DNA of 35,852 nt from Candidatus Woesearchaeota archaeon (GCA_964592915.1 CAZQGH010000003.1:1629-37480); one strand, 5' to 3'; shown: positions 8,728-17,148, numbered from the stretch's first letter. Numbers and translations: made by a program. The notes: a model not told the origin generated them from the letters alone.

Positions 8728-9194
8728 AACGAAGAAAACAGGGAAAAACAGATTACAAAGCAAGATTAGGCTTATTAAAAAGTGGGAAGCCAAGAGTAGT
8801 TGTAAGAATATCAAACAGATACATCACAACCCAGTATGTTAAAAGTGAAGAAGCTCAGGATAAAGTTTTAGTAACAGTAAACTCAGGAGAATTGACAGAA
8901 TATGGATGGCCTGAATCAATGAAAGGCAGCTTAAAGTCCTTAACCGCTGGTTATCTAACCGGTTTTTTGGCAGGGAAAGAGATATTAAATAAAGAAGAAA
9001 AAGAAGCAGTATTAGACATTGGATTGAAAAGAAATGTTAAAGGCAACAGAATTTATGCTGTATTAAAAGGATTATTAGAGGCGGGATTAGATATTCCTCA
9101 TCAGAAAGATATTTTACCAACTGACGAAGCTATTAAAAAAGAAAAAATAAACTTAGATGATATAAAAAATAAAATACAAAAGAAAAATGGCTGA
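8724..9194 (+). CDS. rpl18: 50S ribosomal protein uL18
   Basis: RRKQGKTDYKARL, PRVVVRISN, AGYLTG, LDIGL, GLDIPH. Confidence 0.96.
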   Translation: MKRRKQGKTDYKARLGLLKSGKPRVVVRISNRYITTQYVKSEEAQDKVLVTVNSGELTEYGWPESMKGSLKSLTAGYLTGFLAGKEILNKEEKEAVLDIGLKRNVKGNRIYAVLKGLLEAGLDIPHQKDILPTDEAIKKEKINLDDIKNKIQKKNG

Positions 9195-10029
9195 ACAAGA
9201 AGAAAAACAAAAAACTGAAGAAAGTGAAGATGAGAAAGAAGACAAAGATATTAAAGAAATAAGTGAAGAAGTTGAGGAAATAAAAGATGAAAAAGCAGTG
9301 GAACTGGAAGAACCAGATGAAGAAGAGAAAAAGGAAATTGAGAAATTAAAAAAAGTAAAAGATGAAACTGAAATAGCATCAGAGAAAAAAGACGAATTTC
9401 CTGACTGGGCAGCAAAAACTAAGATAGGGAAAAAAATAAAAAACGGGGAAATTAAAAACATAGATGAAATTTTAGATGATAACATTAAAATATTGGAACC
9501 TCAGATTGTTGATTCCCTGTTAGATTTAGAAACTGATTACATTGCTATTGGACAGGCTAAAGGCAAGTTTGGAGGAGGAAAAAGAAGAATATGGAGACAG
9601 ACTCAAAAGAAAACTGCTGAAGGAAATACCCCGACTTTCTCGTGCATGGCAGTTATAGGAGATAAAGATGGACATGTTGGAGTGGGTTATGGAAGAGCAA
9701 AAGAAACCCTGCCAGCCAGAGAAAAAGCAATTAGGAATGCCAAATTAAATGTAATTAAAATAGAAAGGGCATGCTCAAGTTTTGATTGCTCTTGCAGTGA
9801 AAAGCATACAATTCCTATTAAAACTGAGGGGAAAGCAGGAAGCATAAGAATTATATTATATCCGGCTCCACAAGGAACTGGGCTAGTTGTCGGAGATGAA
9901 CTGAAAAAAGTTTTAAGATTGGCAGGGATTAAAGATATTTATGGAAAAACATTTGGGAAAACAAGAACAACAATAAATATGATTAAAGCTTGTGTTGATG
10001 CTTTAAAAAATGCAAAACTGGAGAAATAA
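9187..10029 (+). CDS. rps5: 30S ribosomal protein uS5 with acidic N-terminal extension
   Basis: WAAKTKIG, GDKDGHVGVG, PAPQGTGL, LAGIKD. Confidence 0.96.
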   Translation: MAEQEEKQKTEESEDEKEDKDIKEISEEVEEIKDEKAVELEEPDEEEKKEIEKLKKVKDETEIASEKKDEFPDWAAKTKIGKKIKNGEIKNIDEILDDNIKILEPQIVDSLLDLETDYIAIGQAKGKFGGGKRRIWRQTQKKTAEGNTPTFSCMAVIGDKDGHVGVGYGRAKETLPAREKAIRNAKLNVIKIERACSSFDCSCSEKHTIPIKTEGKAGSIRIILYPAPQGTGLVVGDELKKVLRLAGIKDIYGKTFGKTRTTINMIKACVDALKNAKLEK

Positions 10030-10030
10030 A

Positions 10031-10453
10031 ATGTTAGTAGCAATAAGAATCAGAGGTAAAGTGGGACTGAATGATGATGTTAAAAATGCATTATACAGAT
10101 TAAGATTGAGAAGAAAGTATGCATGCGTTTTAATAAGAGAAAAACCAGAATTAGTTGGAATGCTGAACAAATTAAGAAATTTCATAGCATACGGACATAT
10201 TGACGAAAAAACTTTAAAAAAATTAATTGAAAAAAGAGGGATATCGTTAGATAAAAAGAAAATTAATGCTGATGAAGTTGTAAAAGAATTATTAAAAGGA
10301 AAACCAGAAAAAAGTTTAGCAGATTTAAGATTAAAACCTTTTTTTAGATTGCATCCTCCAAGAGGGGGAATTGATTCTAAAAAGCATTTTCCAAAGGGAG
10401 TTTTGGGAAATCATAAAGAGGAAATAAATAAATTAGTAGAGAGGATGTTGTGA
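10031..10453 (+). CDS. rpl30: 50S ribosomal protein uL30
   Basis: MLVAIRIRG, FRLHPPRGG, INKLVERML; ATG 10031 lies 1 nt after the uS5 stop. Confidence 0.96.
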   Translation: MLVAIRIRGKVGLNDDVKNALYRLRLRRKYACVLIREKPELVGMLNKLRNFIAYGHIDEKTLKKLIEKRGISLDKKKINADEVVKELLKGKPEKSLADLRLKPFFRLHPPRGGIDSKKHFPKGVLGNHKEEINKLVERML

Positions 10454-10454
10454 A

Positions 10455-10712
10455 ATGAGACTAGAAGAAATAAATGATAATGCTCCATTACCTGTTGCAA
10501 TAACTGAAAAAGGATTGAAATATATGATTGAATATAGTCTTGATTATTATGAAAATTTATCAGATAGAAATGATACTCAAAATGAACAAAGAGCTGATGT
10601 GCTTAGTTTTGAAGAAATCCAGAAAGCAATTGAGCACTCGGATAGGACTTATGGCACCGATGTTTTTGTTTATCAGAATAGACTAAATACAATATTAAAC
10701 CAAGGAGATTAG
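10455..10712 (+). CDS. Acidic hypothetical protein inserted between uL30 and uL15
   Basis: 85-aa ORF with 1-nt gaps to both neighbours and GAGG upstream; no family recognised. Confidence 0.7.
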   Translation: MRLEEINDNAPLPVAITEKGLKYMIEYSLDYYENLSDRNDTQNEQRADVLSFEEIQKAIEHSDRTYGTDVFVYQNRLNTILNQGD

Positions 10713-10713
10713 A

Positions 10714-11244
10714 ATGAAAAAAATAAAGAAAAGAAAGAAGAGGAGCAGATTAAGAGGAAGCAAAACTGCGTTTTGGGGAGCAAGAAAGAATCATAAGAAA
10801 TCAGGGCATAGGGGTGGTAAGGGAATGGCAGGAACAGGAAAAAGAGCAGGGCAGAAAAAAACATGGGTATTAGCAAAACAACCAGATTATTTAGGCAAAG
10901 AAGGTTTGAAAAGCAAGAGAGAAAAAATAAAAGTTGTAAATGTTGAATATATTCAGAAAAATCTTAACAAGCTTGTGAAAAAAGGCAAGGCAAAAAAAAC
11001 AGGAAAAGGTTATGAGGTAGATTTAGGCAATCATAAATTATTGGGAAAAGGGGAAATTAAAGAAAAAGTGATTGTTAAATGTAAAGAAGTTTCCAAATCT
11101 GCAAAGCAAAAAATTGAAAAAGTTAACGGAGAGATAATATTGCCAGAAAAAAAGCAAAAGAAAAATGATAAGCAAAAGAAATCAGATAATAAACCAAGTG
11201 AAAAAGAAACTGAAAAAAAAGAGAAAAATAGCAGTAAAAAGTAA
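10714..11244 (+). CDS. rpl15: 50S ribosomal protein uL15 with Lys/Glu-rich tail
   Basis: RLRGSKT, GHRGGKGMAGTGKR, KLLGKG, SAKQKIEK. Confidence 0.96.
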   Translation: MKKIKKRKKRSRLRGSKTAFWGARKNHKKSGHRGGKGMAGTGKRAGQKKTWVLAKQPDYLGKEGLKSKREKIKVVNVEYIQKNLNKLVKKGKAKKTGKGYEVDLGNHKLLGKGEIKEKVIVKCKEVSKSAKQKIEKVNGEIILPEKKQKKNDKQKKSDNKPSEKETEKKEKNSSKK

Positions 11245-11274
11245 CAATTATAAATTAAAAAACCAAAAATAAAT

Positions 11275-12777
11275 ATGGCATTAAAAGATTTGTTACATAA
11301 TCTACCAGAAGTAAAAAGCCCTGTTGAGAAAAGAGTAGGGTTTAACACCAAACTTAAATGGACACTTATTATATTAGTTGCATATTTTGTTCTTTCAAAT
11401 ATTTTTATTTATGGGGTTGCTCCAGGAGCTTTAGAAAGATTTGAATATATAGCTATTTTATTAGGAACAAATTTTGGTTCTATAATTTCATTAGGAATTG
11501 GACCAATAGTAATGGCTTCTATTATATTACAATTATTAGTTGGAAGTAATATCCTGGATATTGACACTTCAACAGAGGAAGGTAAAAAATATTTTCAGGG
11601 ATTACAAAAGTTGTTAGTATTTTTCTTTATTCTATTTGAAGCAATTGTTTATGTATTAATGGGAGGGATAAGAGCTATTCCAGGATTTGCGCCAATTGTG
11701 ATTTTGCAATTGATTATTGGAGGTTTATTAATCGTATTTATGGATGAAGTTACATCAAAATGGGGATTTGGCTCTGGTGTATCCTTGTTTATTGTAGCTG
11801 GCGTTGCATGGAGATTGTTTACTGGTTTGTTCCAGTTTATCGATTCTACTGGTGCTAATTGTTTATTAAATGCCGGGGTAACATGTTCTGGACAAATTTG
11901 GGTATTGTTAAAATCAGTTATTGGGCAAGACCCAACAGGAGCTTTAAATGCCTTATCTGTATTATTAGTTACAGCTGCTATTTTCCTAATTGTAGTATGG
12001 GCTCAGTCACTAAAAGTTGAAATACCTTTATCTTATGACAGATTGAGAGGGTATAATATTAAATGGCCTTTGGCTTTTTTTTATGCATCAGTTATCCCTG
12101 TTATACTTACAGCAGCATTAGTGGCAAATGTCCAGCTTTTTGCAGGATTGACGAACGGAGTTGTAGACAATTGTGCTGAAACCGTTTTTGCTAATCAAAC
12201 ATATGTTGATGAATTAATTACTAGAAATCAAACACTAACTAATGATTTGGCTGTTCAGAGATGCGGAACAGGAGCAAAAGTTGCAAACTGGTTTTCATGG
12301 TTAGGAACTTTTTCTGAAGGACAGCCAGAATCAGGATTGGCATTTTGGATATCTTCGAGTAATTTATTAAATTTAGGCATTTCCGGAGCATTGACTTCAA
12401 GATATATTCTACAAGGAATAATTCACATCCTATTTTTTATGATTTTCTCAACTATATTTGCTTTATTCTGGGTTAAAACATCCGGAATGGATGCAGCATC
12501 TCAATCAAAAAATCTTATTTCATCAGGATTACAAATATCTGGATTTAGAAAAGATGAAAGAGTTTTAGAGTCTATATTGTCAAGATACATAATGCCTTTG
12601 ACAATAATGGGTGGAGCTGCAATTGGATTATTAGCTGCAACAGCTGACTTATTGGGAGCTCTTATATCCGGAACTGCTATTTTGCTAGCTGTTATGATAT
12701 TATATCAGTTTTACACTAATATTGCTCAACAACATGCAGTTGATATGCATCCTGCTCTGAAAAAAATGATGGGGTAA
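11275..12777 (+). CDS. secY: Preprotein translocase SecY/Sec61 alpha
   Basis: LPEV, LGIGPIVMASIILQLL, DEVTSKWGFGSGVSLFI, YASVIPVIL, GTAILLAV; about 10 TM segments. Confidence 0.98.
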   Translation: MALKDLLHNLPEVKSPVEKRVGFNTKLKWTLIILVAYFVLSNIFIYGVAPGALERFEYIAILLGTNFGSIISLGIGPIVMASIILQLLVGSNILDIDTSTEEGKKYFQGLQKLLVFFFILFEAIVYVLMGGIRAIPGFAPIVILQLIIGGLLIVFMDEVTSKWGFGSGVSLFIVAGVAWRLFTGLFQFIDSTGANCLLNAGVTCSGQIWVLLKSVIGQDPTGALNALSVLLVTAAIFLIVVWAQSLKVEIPLSYDRLRGYNIKWPLAFFYASVIPVILTAALVANVQLFAGLTNGVVDNCAETVFANQTYVDELITRNQTLTNDLAVQRCGTGAKVANWFSWLGTFSEGQPESGLAFWISSSNLLNLGISGALTSRYILQGIIHILFFMIFSTIFALFWVKTSGMDAASQSKNLISSGLQISGFRKDERVLESILSRYIMPLTIMGGAAIGLLAATADLLGALISGTAILLAVMILYQFYTNIAQQHAVDMHPALKKMMG

Positions 12778-12852
12778 TCTTTAGTATTTTTATAAACCTT
12801 TATCTGGTTTAATTATGCCTCCTCGAAGAGGAAATAGAAATTTTTAAAATCC

Positions 12853-13392
12853 TCACAATCCAGAACCATGAGTTTGTTTAACTCTTTTCATAACAAATTG
12901 CCTAATCTTTTCAGCACCATTTATGTCTATTGCTGGAAGATGTCCCTCACTTTGATATCTTCTATTTCCTCTTCTTCCAAATCTAAAACTATAACTTCCA
13001 CCATATCCCGATTGTCCAGCAGTTTCAATTTCAACGGTAGAAAATCCAAACATTCTCGCAATTATCCCTCTTCTTAGATCTACATTCTGAATCCTCTCAT
13101 AAGGAATAGAGGTATATTTTTTCCAGATTATTCCTTTTTCTATTTTTACTGCGTCTTGTTTTATTTCATAGAGGTATCTATTGTAAGACATACGAGCATA
13201 AATCTCTGCCACAATCAGAACGAAAATTATTAATCCAAATAAAATTAAAATGGTATTATCAAAAGCACCATTGGCAACTTTATTTAATATTGAAATAAAC
13301 ATGAAATAAACAGCAAAAATAAAAATGAAACCGAAACGAGAATAAGCATTTAACCTAAAAAGCCATCTTGCTCCAGAGTGCAAATTCTCCAT
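12853..13392 (-). CDS. Bacterial PH-domain (bPH_2, YdbS-like) membrane protein
   Basis: Two N-terminal TMs then GIIWKKYTSIPYERIQNVDLRRGIIARMFGFSTVEIETAG. Confidence 0.88.
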   Translation of the reverse strand: MENLHSGARWLFRLNAYSRFGFIFIFAVYFMFISILNKVANGAFDNTILILFGLIIFVLIVAEIYARMSYNRYLYEIKQDAVKIEKGIIWKKYTSIPYERIQNVDLRRGIIARMFGFSTVEIETAGQSGYGGSYSFRFGRRGNRRYQSEGHLPAIDINGAEKIRQFVMKRVKQTHGSGL

Positions 13393-13394
13393 TT

Positions 13395-13898
13395 TTATCT
13401 TTTCCTACTTGTAATTTTTTTCATTACAAAATTTCTAATCTCTTCTGCATGCTTCATTTCAACAGCAGGGATATTTCCCTCTGCTCCTGCTGGTCCTGAA
13501 AATCCTGCAGTCTGTATTCTTAAACTTGAAAATCCAAACATTCTCGCAATTATCCCTCGATGAACATCAACATTTTGTATTCTTTCATATGGGACATTGC
13601 TATATCTTTTCCAAATAATTCCTCTTTCTAACCTTAATTCTTCATCTGTAAATTCGTAAAACCATCTGTTGTAAGCCATCCTAGTATAAATTTCTCCAAT
13701 AACTATTATAAATATAAGATAAACAAAAACAGCCAAGACTATAAGTCCTAACGATAGTCCACTGCCTCCTCCAATAAATGAAAATAAGACAGCCATGGCT
13801 GGAACTATAAACCAAGCTAAGAAAAACGATAAAAATACCATTACTATCCAAGATCTTATTCTAAAAGACCATCTTGCTCCAGGATGTAGTTTATTCAT
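13395..13898 (-). CDS. Bacterial PH-domain (bPH_2, YdbS-like) membrane protein, paralog of the adjacent gene
   Basis: Two TMs then GIIWKRYSNVPYERIQNVDVHRGIIARMFGFSSLRIQTAG. Confidence 0.88.
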   Translation of the reverse strand: MNKLHPGARWSFRIRSWIVMVFLSFFLAWFIVPAMAVLFSFIGGGSGLSLGLIVLAVFVYLIFIIVIGEIYTRMAYNRWFYEFTDEELRLERGIIWKRYSNVPYERIQNVDVHRGIIARMFGFSSLRIQTAGFSGPAGAEGNIPAVEMKHAEEIRNFVMKKITSRKR

Positions 13899-13963
13899 AA
13901 AGTATATTACGAGATATAATTTAAAAATGTATTGTTTAACAAATTACAGGATTTTAAAATTTT

Positions 13964-14169
13964 AAAGAACCTCGAAGAGTATTTAACAGATTATTAAATT
14001 CTGACTTAGTTAATTCTTTAGTGCAAAGATATTATTCTGTTAAAGAAGAGGAAGAAAAAATAATAGAAAAACAACCTCTTTAGATAATGGAATTTTTCTT
14101 GCAGGGAAATTAATTGGATATGGTTTATTTGTATCGCTAGTTGATATAGGTTATAGAGCATTGAAATAA
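13964..14169 (+). pseudogene. Possible frameshifted remnant of a small membrane-protein gene
   Basis: Consecutive coding-like pieces in different frames: KEPRRVFNRLLNSDLVNSLVQRYYSVKEEEEKIIEKQPL* then LDNGIFLAGKLIGYGLFVSLVDIGYRALK*. Confidence 0.35.
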
Positions 14170-14252
14170 TTAGTTTTCTAAAATTAGTTTCTAATAGTTA
14201 AATTTAAAAGAGAACTTAAATTATTCTTTATAATAAACTAAAAAGGTAAAAA

Positions 14253-14780
14253 ATGAGTAAAGGAATTAAAACTTTGTTTTTGGTGATGATTATCAGTTTA
14301 GCGATAGCTGGATTATGGAATACTCTCCCAATAATAAAAGAATCAGTTCATGTTGTTTTAGACCCAACTGCCGGAGCATTGTTAGATTACAATGTTAATT
14401 TAGGCATGGTTATTATTGCTGGTTTGATAAGTTTAGGAATCACTTTAGTTCAGAAATACACAACTGACCAGGAAACTTTAAAAGATATAAGAAAAGAGCA
14501 GAAAATATTACAGAAAGAAATGAAAAAATACAAAGAGAATCCTGAGAAAATTCTTGAATTGCAAAAAAAACAATTTGAATTTATTCCTAAAACAATGGAC
14601 ATAACTATGAGACCATTAATGTATACTGCAATTCCCATCATCTTATTTTTCAGATGGTTTAATGATTATTTTTCTTTAACTGAAGTTAAAATATTCGGAT
14701 TTTTGAGCTGGTTTCTTGCATATCTGATATTTGCAATAATTTTCAGTATGATTTTCAAAAAAATAATGAACGTTTATTAG
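14253..14780 (+). CDS. DUF106/EMC3-TMCO1 (Oxa1-superfamily) membrane insertase-like protein
   Basis: TM, coiled coil, MRPLMYTAIPIILFFRW, then WFLAY TM; usual location downstream of secY. Confidence 0.9.
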   Translation: MSKGIKTLFLVMIISLAIAGLWNTLPIIKESVHVVLDPTAGALLDYNVNLGMVIIAGLISLGITLVQKYTTDQETLKDIRKEQKILQKEMKKYKENPEKILELQKKQFEFIPKTMDITMRPLMYTAIPIILFFRWFNDYFSLTEVKIFGFLSWFLAYLIFAIIFSMIFKKIMNVY

Positions 14781-14793
14781 AAAGCTTTATAAA
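14780..14793 (+). promoter_or_regulatory. Putative archaeal BRE-TATA promoter for prefoldin (likely leaderless or short leader)
   Basis: gaaagcTTTATAAA ending 21 nt before ATG 14814. Confidence 0.6.
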
Positions 14794-14813
14794 ATTAAAT
14801 TCTAAATAAAACT

Positions 14814-15230
14814 ATGGAACAACAACAAGTTCTGATGCAGTTATCTGCATTGCAACAACAATCTGAGAAATTAGAACAGCAGTTAGAAGTTATTAATGAG
14901 CAGTTAAATGAAATGCAGGTTTTAAAGCAAGGGATTAAAAATTTAGAAAAAAAAGAAAGCAAAGATATTCTTGCTAATATTGGCAAAGGCATATATGTAG
15001 ATGCTGAATTAAAAAGTAAGGAGTTGCTAGTTGAAATTGGCAATAAGATTGTAGTTAAAAAGACTCCGAAAGAAACAATTGAAGTAATTGATAAACAGAC
15101 GGAACAATTAGAAGATATCAAAAATCAGTTTTTGGACCAGTTGCAGGAGGTTCAGCTACAATTACAACATATTGTTCAGGCTTTTCAGCAACAACAGGCA
15201 CAGCAACAAAAAGAGAGTAAGAAAAAATAA
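14814..15230 (+). CDS. pfdA: Prefoldin alpha subunit
   Basis: Coiled coils flanking a double beta-hairpin ILANIGKGIYV...LLVEIGNKIVVKKT; Gln-rich tail. Confidence 0.92.
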   Translation: MEQQQVLMQLSALQQQSEKLEQQLEVINEQLNEMQVLKQGIKNLEKKESKDILANIGKGIYVDAELKSKELLVEIGNKIVVKKTPKETIEVIDKQTEQLEDIKNQFLDQLQEVQLQLQHIVQAFQQQQAQQQKESKKK

Positions 15231-16037
15231 TTAATTTTTTTCAGCTTTTTTAACAAACTTGTTTAAACTTAATATGCCTAATTCCGATATAATTGATTTA
15301 ATGAATTTTTTTGGAACAAATTCAAAAGCTGGATTTCTTATTTTTATTTTTTTATTGCGAGTATTCCATACCTCATGAAAATGTCTTTGTTCTAAATTTA
15401 CATGTGAAGTATATTTCCATGAATCCGCAACAATATAAACCGGAATCTTGTTTTCATATGCTGTTTCAGCTATTAAAGCTGAACCTATTTTATTTACAAT
15501 TCCTGATTTTAAAATAGCATCTGCACCTAAAAAAACTGCTGAAACTTTTTTTGTATGCTGCTGTTTTAATAATGCAACTCTGATTGCAGAATCTACAAAT
15601 TGTGTTACTTTTATTCCTTCTTTTGACAATTCTTTAGAAGTTATTCTTCCCTGAAATAAAGGGCGTGTTTCAGTATTATAAACTTCAAATTTCTTGTGTT
15701 TATGAGAATAAATCAGTGCATTTACAACATTTGTTGAGTGGCAGTGAGTAAATACAACTGAATCTCTTTTAATTGTTTTTTTAACATATCTATTGATTTT
15801 CTCCTGAGCAGAATCAAAATGTTCTAAAGTTTTTTTGTAACCTACTTTTTCATATTTTTCTAAGGTATTTACTAACAGAGGTTCTGTAGGTCTTGCATTT
15901 ATCAGCTTTTGTTTAGTTTCTTTTGTTTTATCTAGATTGTATGCTTTTAGAGCTGCTTTTGCTATATTTCTTGCTCCCTGTATCTTCACTTGCTTAATTT
16001 TTTTGATAGTGTTGTTTATTTTTCTCTTTTTTAACAT
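15231..16037 (-). CDS. eIF-2B-family protein, probably ribose-1,5-bisphosphate isomerase
   Basis: IQGA, RPTEP, THCHS (catalytic Cys), ETRP, GADAI (catalytic Asp), NKIG, NPAFE. Confidence 0.85.
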   Translation of the reverse strand: MLKKRKINNTIKKIKQVKIQGARNIAKAALKAYNLDKTKETKQKLINARPTEPLLVNTLEKYEKVGYKKTLEHFDSAQEKINRYVKKTIKRDSVVFTHCHSTNVVNALIYSHKHKKFEVYNTETRPLFQGRITSKELSKEGIKVTQFVDSAIRVALLKQQHTKKVSAVFLGADAILKSGIVNKIGSALIAETAYENKIPVYIVADSWKYTSHVNLEQRHFHEVWNTRNKKIKIRNPAFEFVPKKFIKSIISELGILSLNKFVKKAEKN

Positions 16038-16204
16038 ATCTATATGAATAAAGCTGAGTATAAAAATCTTAGGAAGATTATAAAAATACTATGTAAAATT
16101 TTTATTGGGGTTATTAATTTAGGTTTACCCCTAACACTATTTGACATCTTCTTCTTCAAAATTAAATTAGATATGAAGATTGTTATGATTACAACATATT
16201 TCAG

Positions 16205-16296
16205 ATGCCCTCGCGATTACTTAACATCAAAAATCATTGATTTTTGAGTGCCATCAAGAATTTAACTTTTCAGAATTCTTGAGGTCCTAAGGATTA
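16205..16296. repeat. ATGCCC-initiated nested hairpin element
   Basis: atgccctcgcga leader; perfect hairpins tcaaaaatc-att-gatttttga (16227-16247) and tcaagaatt-N11-aattcttga (16254-16282). Confidence 0.75.
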
Positions 16297-16315
16297 ACTT
16301 CCCAACATTTTCGTC
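16289..16315. repeat. 27-bp imperfect direct repeat, copy A (overlaps the mazF stop)
   Basis: aaggattaacttcccaacattttcgtc vs aaggattaactcccaaccattttcatc at 16904-16930. Confidence 0.8.
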
Positions 16316-16646
16316 AATTCTTTAGAAAAGAACAAATTTTGTCTAAAATTTCATTAAACTTCTCTTGTTTTAATGAACCTACTTTATATTTTATTAATGA
16401 TTTTTCAATAGAAGCAATTTTGTCTATTCTTGTATAGCTATCTCTTTTAAGATTACCTTGCCTAAAATCTTCTTTTTTTATTGGTATCTCCACTGATTTT
16501 TCATAGGAAGAACCAGTTATTTGTAAAACAATCATGTCTTCGCCTTTGGGAACTTTTAAGATTAAAACGGGTCTTCTTTTGGCATCTTTTAAATGAGAAT
16601 AAGGAAACTCAATTACTACAATCTCTCCCTTTACAAGTCCTTCCAT
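16314..16646 (-). CDS. mazF: Type II toxin, PemK/MazF family endoribonuclease
   Basis: KGEIVVIEFPYS...KRRPVLIL...QITG...DSYTRIDKI; overlaps the upstream antitoxin. Confidence 0.92.
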   Translation of the reverse strand: MEGLVKGEIVVIEFPYSHLKDAKRRPVLILKVPKGEDMIVLQITGSSYEKSVEIPIKKEDFRQGNLKRDSYTRIDKIASIEKSLIKYKVGSLKQEKFNEILDKICSFLKN

Positions 16647-16849
16647 GCTTCATCCTCTTCTTTATTGAGCCAGGTTCTAGCAAATGACTTTTCAGACAAA
16701 ATAGCACTTTCTGGGATTGATTTCTTTAAAATTATTTCATCATCTCGTTTGATAATAATCAATTTGTCCCCCTCATTTATTCCTTCACGCATATCTAAAG
16801 GTATGACTACTTGCCCTCTTGAACTCATTTTTGTTGTATCAATCATCAT
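16631..16849 (-). CDS. AbrB/MazE/SpoVT-family antitoxin
   Basis: TKMSSRGQVVIP...R...EGD, acidic tail WLNKEEDEAWKDL. Confidence 0.92.
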   Translation of the reverse strand: MMIDTTKMSSRGQVVIPLDMREGINEGDKLIIIKRDDEIILKKSIPESAILSEKSFARTWLNKEEDEAWKDL

Positions 16850-16884
16850 AAATAAGATTAATCTTATTTCTATTTAAATCTTTC
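16850..16884 (-). promoter_or_regulatory. TA promoter: BRE-TATA plus perfect 20-bp palindromic operator
   Basis: Minus strand gaaagaTTTAAATA followed by aaataagattaatcttattt (16850-16869) abutting the antitoxin ATG. Confidence 0.75.
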
Positions 16885-16903
16885 GTTTTGGATTTGTGTT
16901 AAG

Positions 16904-16930
16904 AAGGATTAACTCCCAACCATTTTCATC
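16904..16930. repeat. 27-bp imperfect direct repeat, copy B
   Basis: Matches 16289-16315 with two compensating 1-nt indels and one substitution. Confidence 0.8.
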
Positions 16931-16953
16931 TGTAATATTTAAAATTAGGTATC

Positions 16954-17148
16954 TTAAGCAAGTCCCCTGTAGCCATATTGGCCTGACCATTTGTTGCCAC
17001 AATCATAACAAGAAAAATCTGCAATGTCATCAATGTAATGGATTGGAAATGCTGCATCTCGAATGTTTGAAGCAGTAATCTTTTTACTTCTGCATTTTGG
17101 GCACTCTGAATCTTCATTTGCTTTTTGTTCTAAACTTTTCTCCGCCAT
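16954..17148 (-). CDS. Small Zn-ribbon protein
   Basis: CPKC...CYDCGNKW; ATG at 17148 (track uses GTG at 17157). Confidence 0.75.
   Translation of the reverse strand: MAEKSLEQKANEDSECPKCRSKKITASNIRDAAFPIHYIDDIADFSCYDCGNKWSGQYGYRGLA

Noticed and set aside
12815-12847. Mini-ORF MPPRRGNRNF as an eL34 remnant
   Set aside because: Ten codons give no real similarity; better explained as a hairpin between convergent genes.
16044-16247. 67-aa plus-strand ORF
   Set aside because: Overlaps the promoter region of the isomerase gene and the hairpin element; no recognisable features.
16289-16930. Canonical integron attC or dif sites
   Set aside because: No clear RYYYAAC/GTTRRRY-bounded hairpin, no 11-6-11 symmetry and no integrase; kept only as unexplained repeats.
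16926-17117. 63-aa minus-strand ORF
   Set aside because: Alternative frame of the better-supported Zn-ribbon gene.
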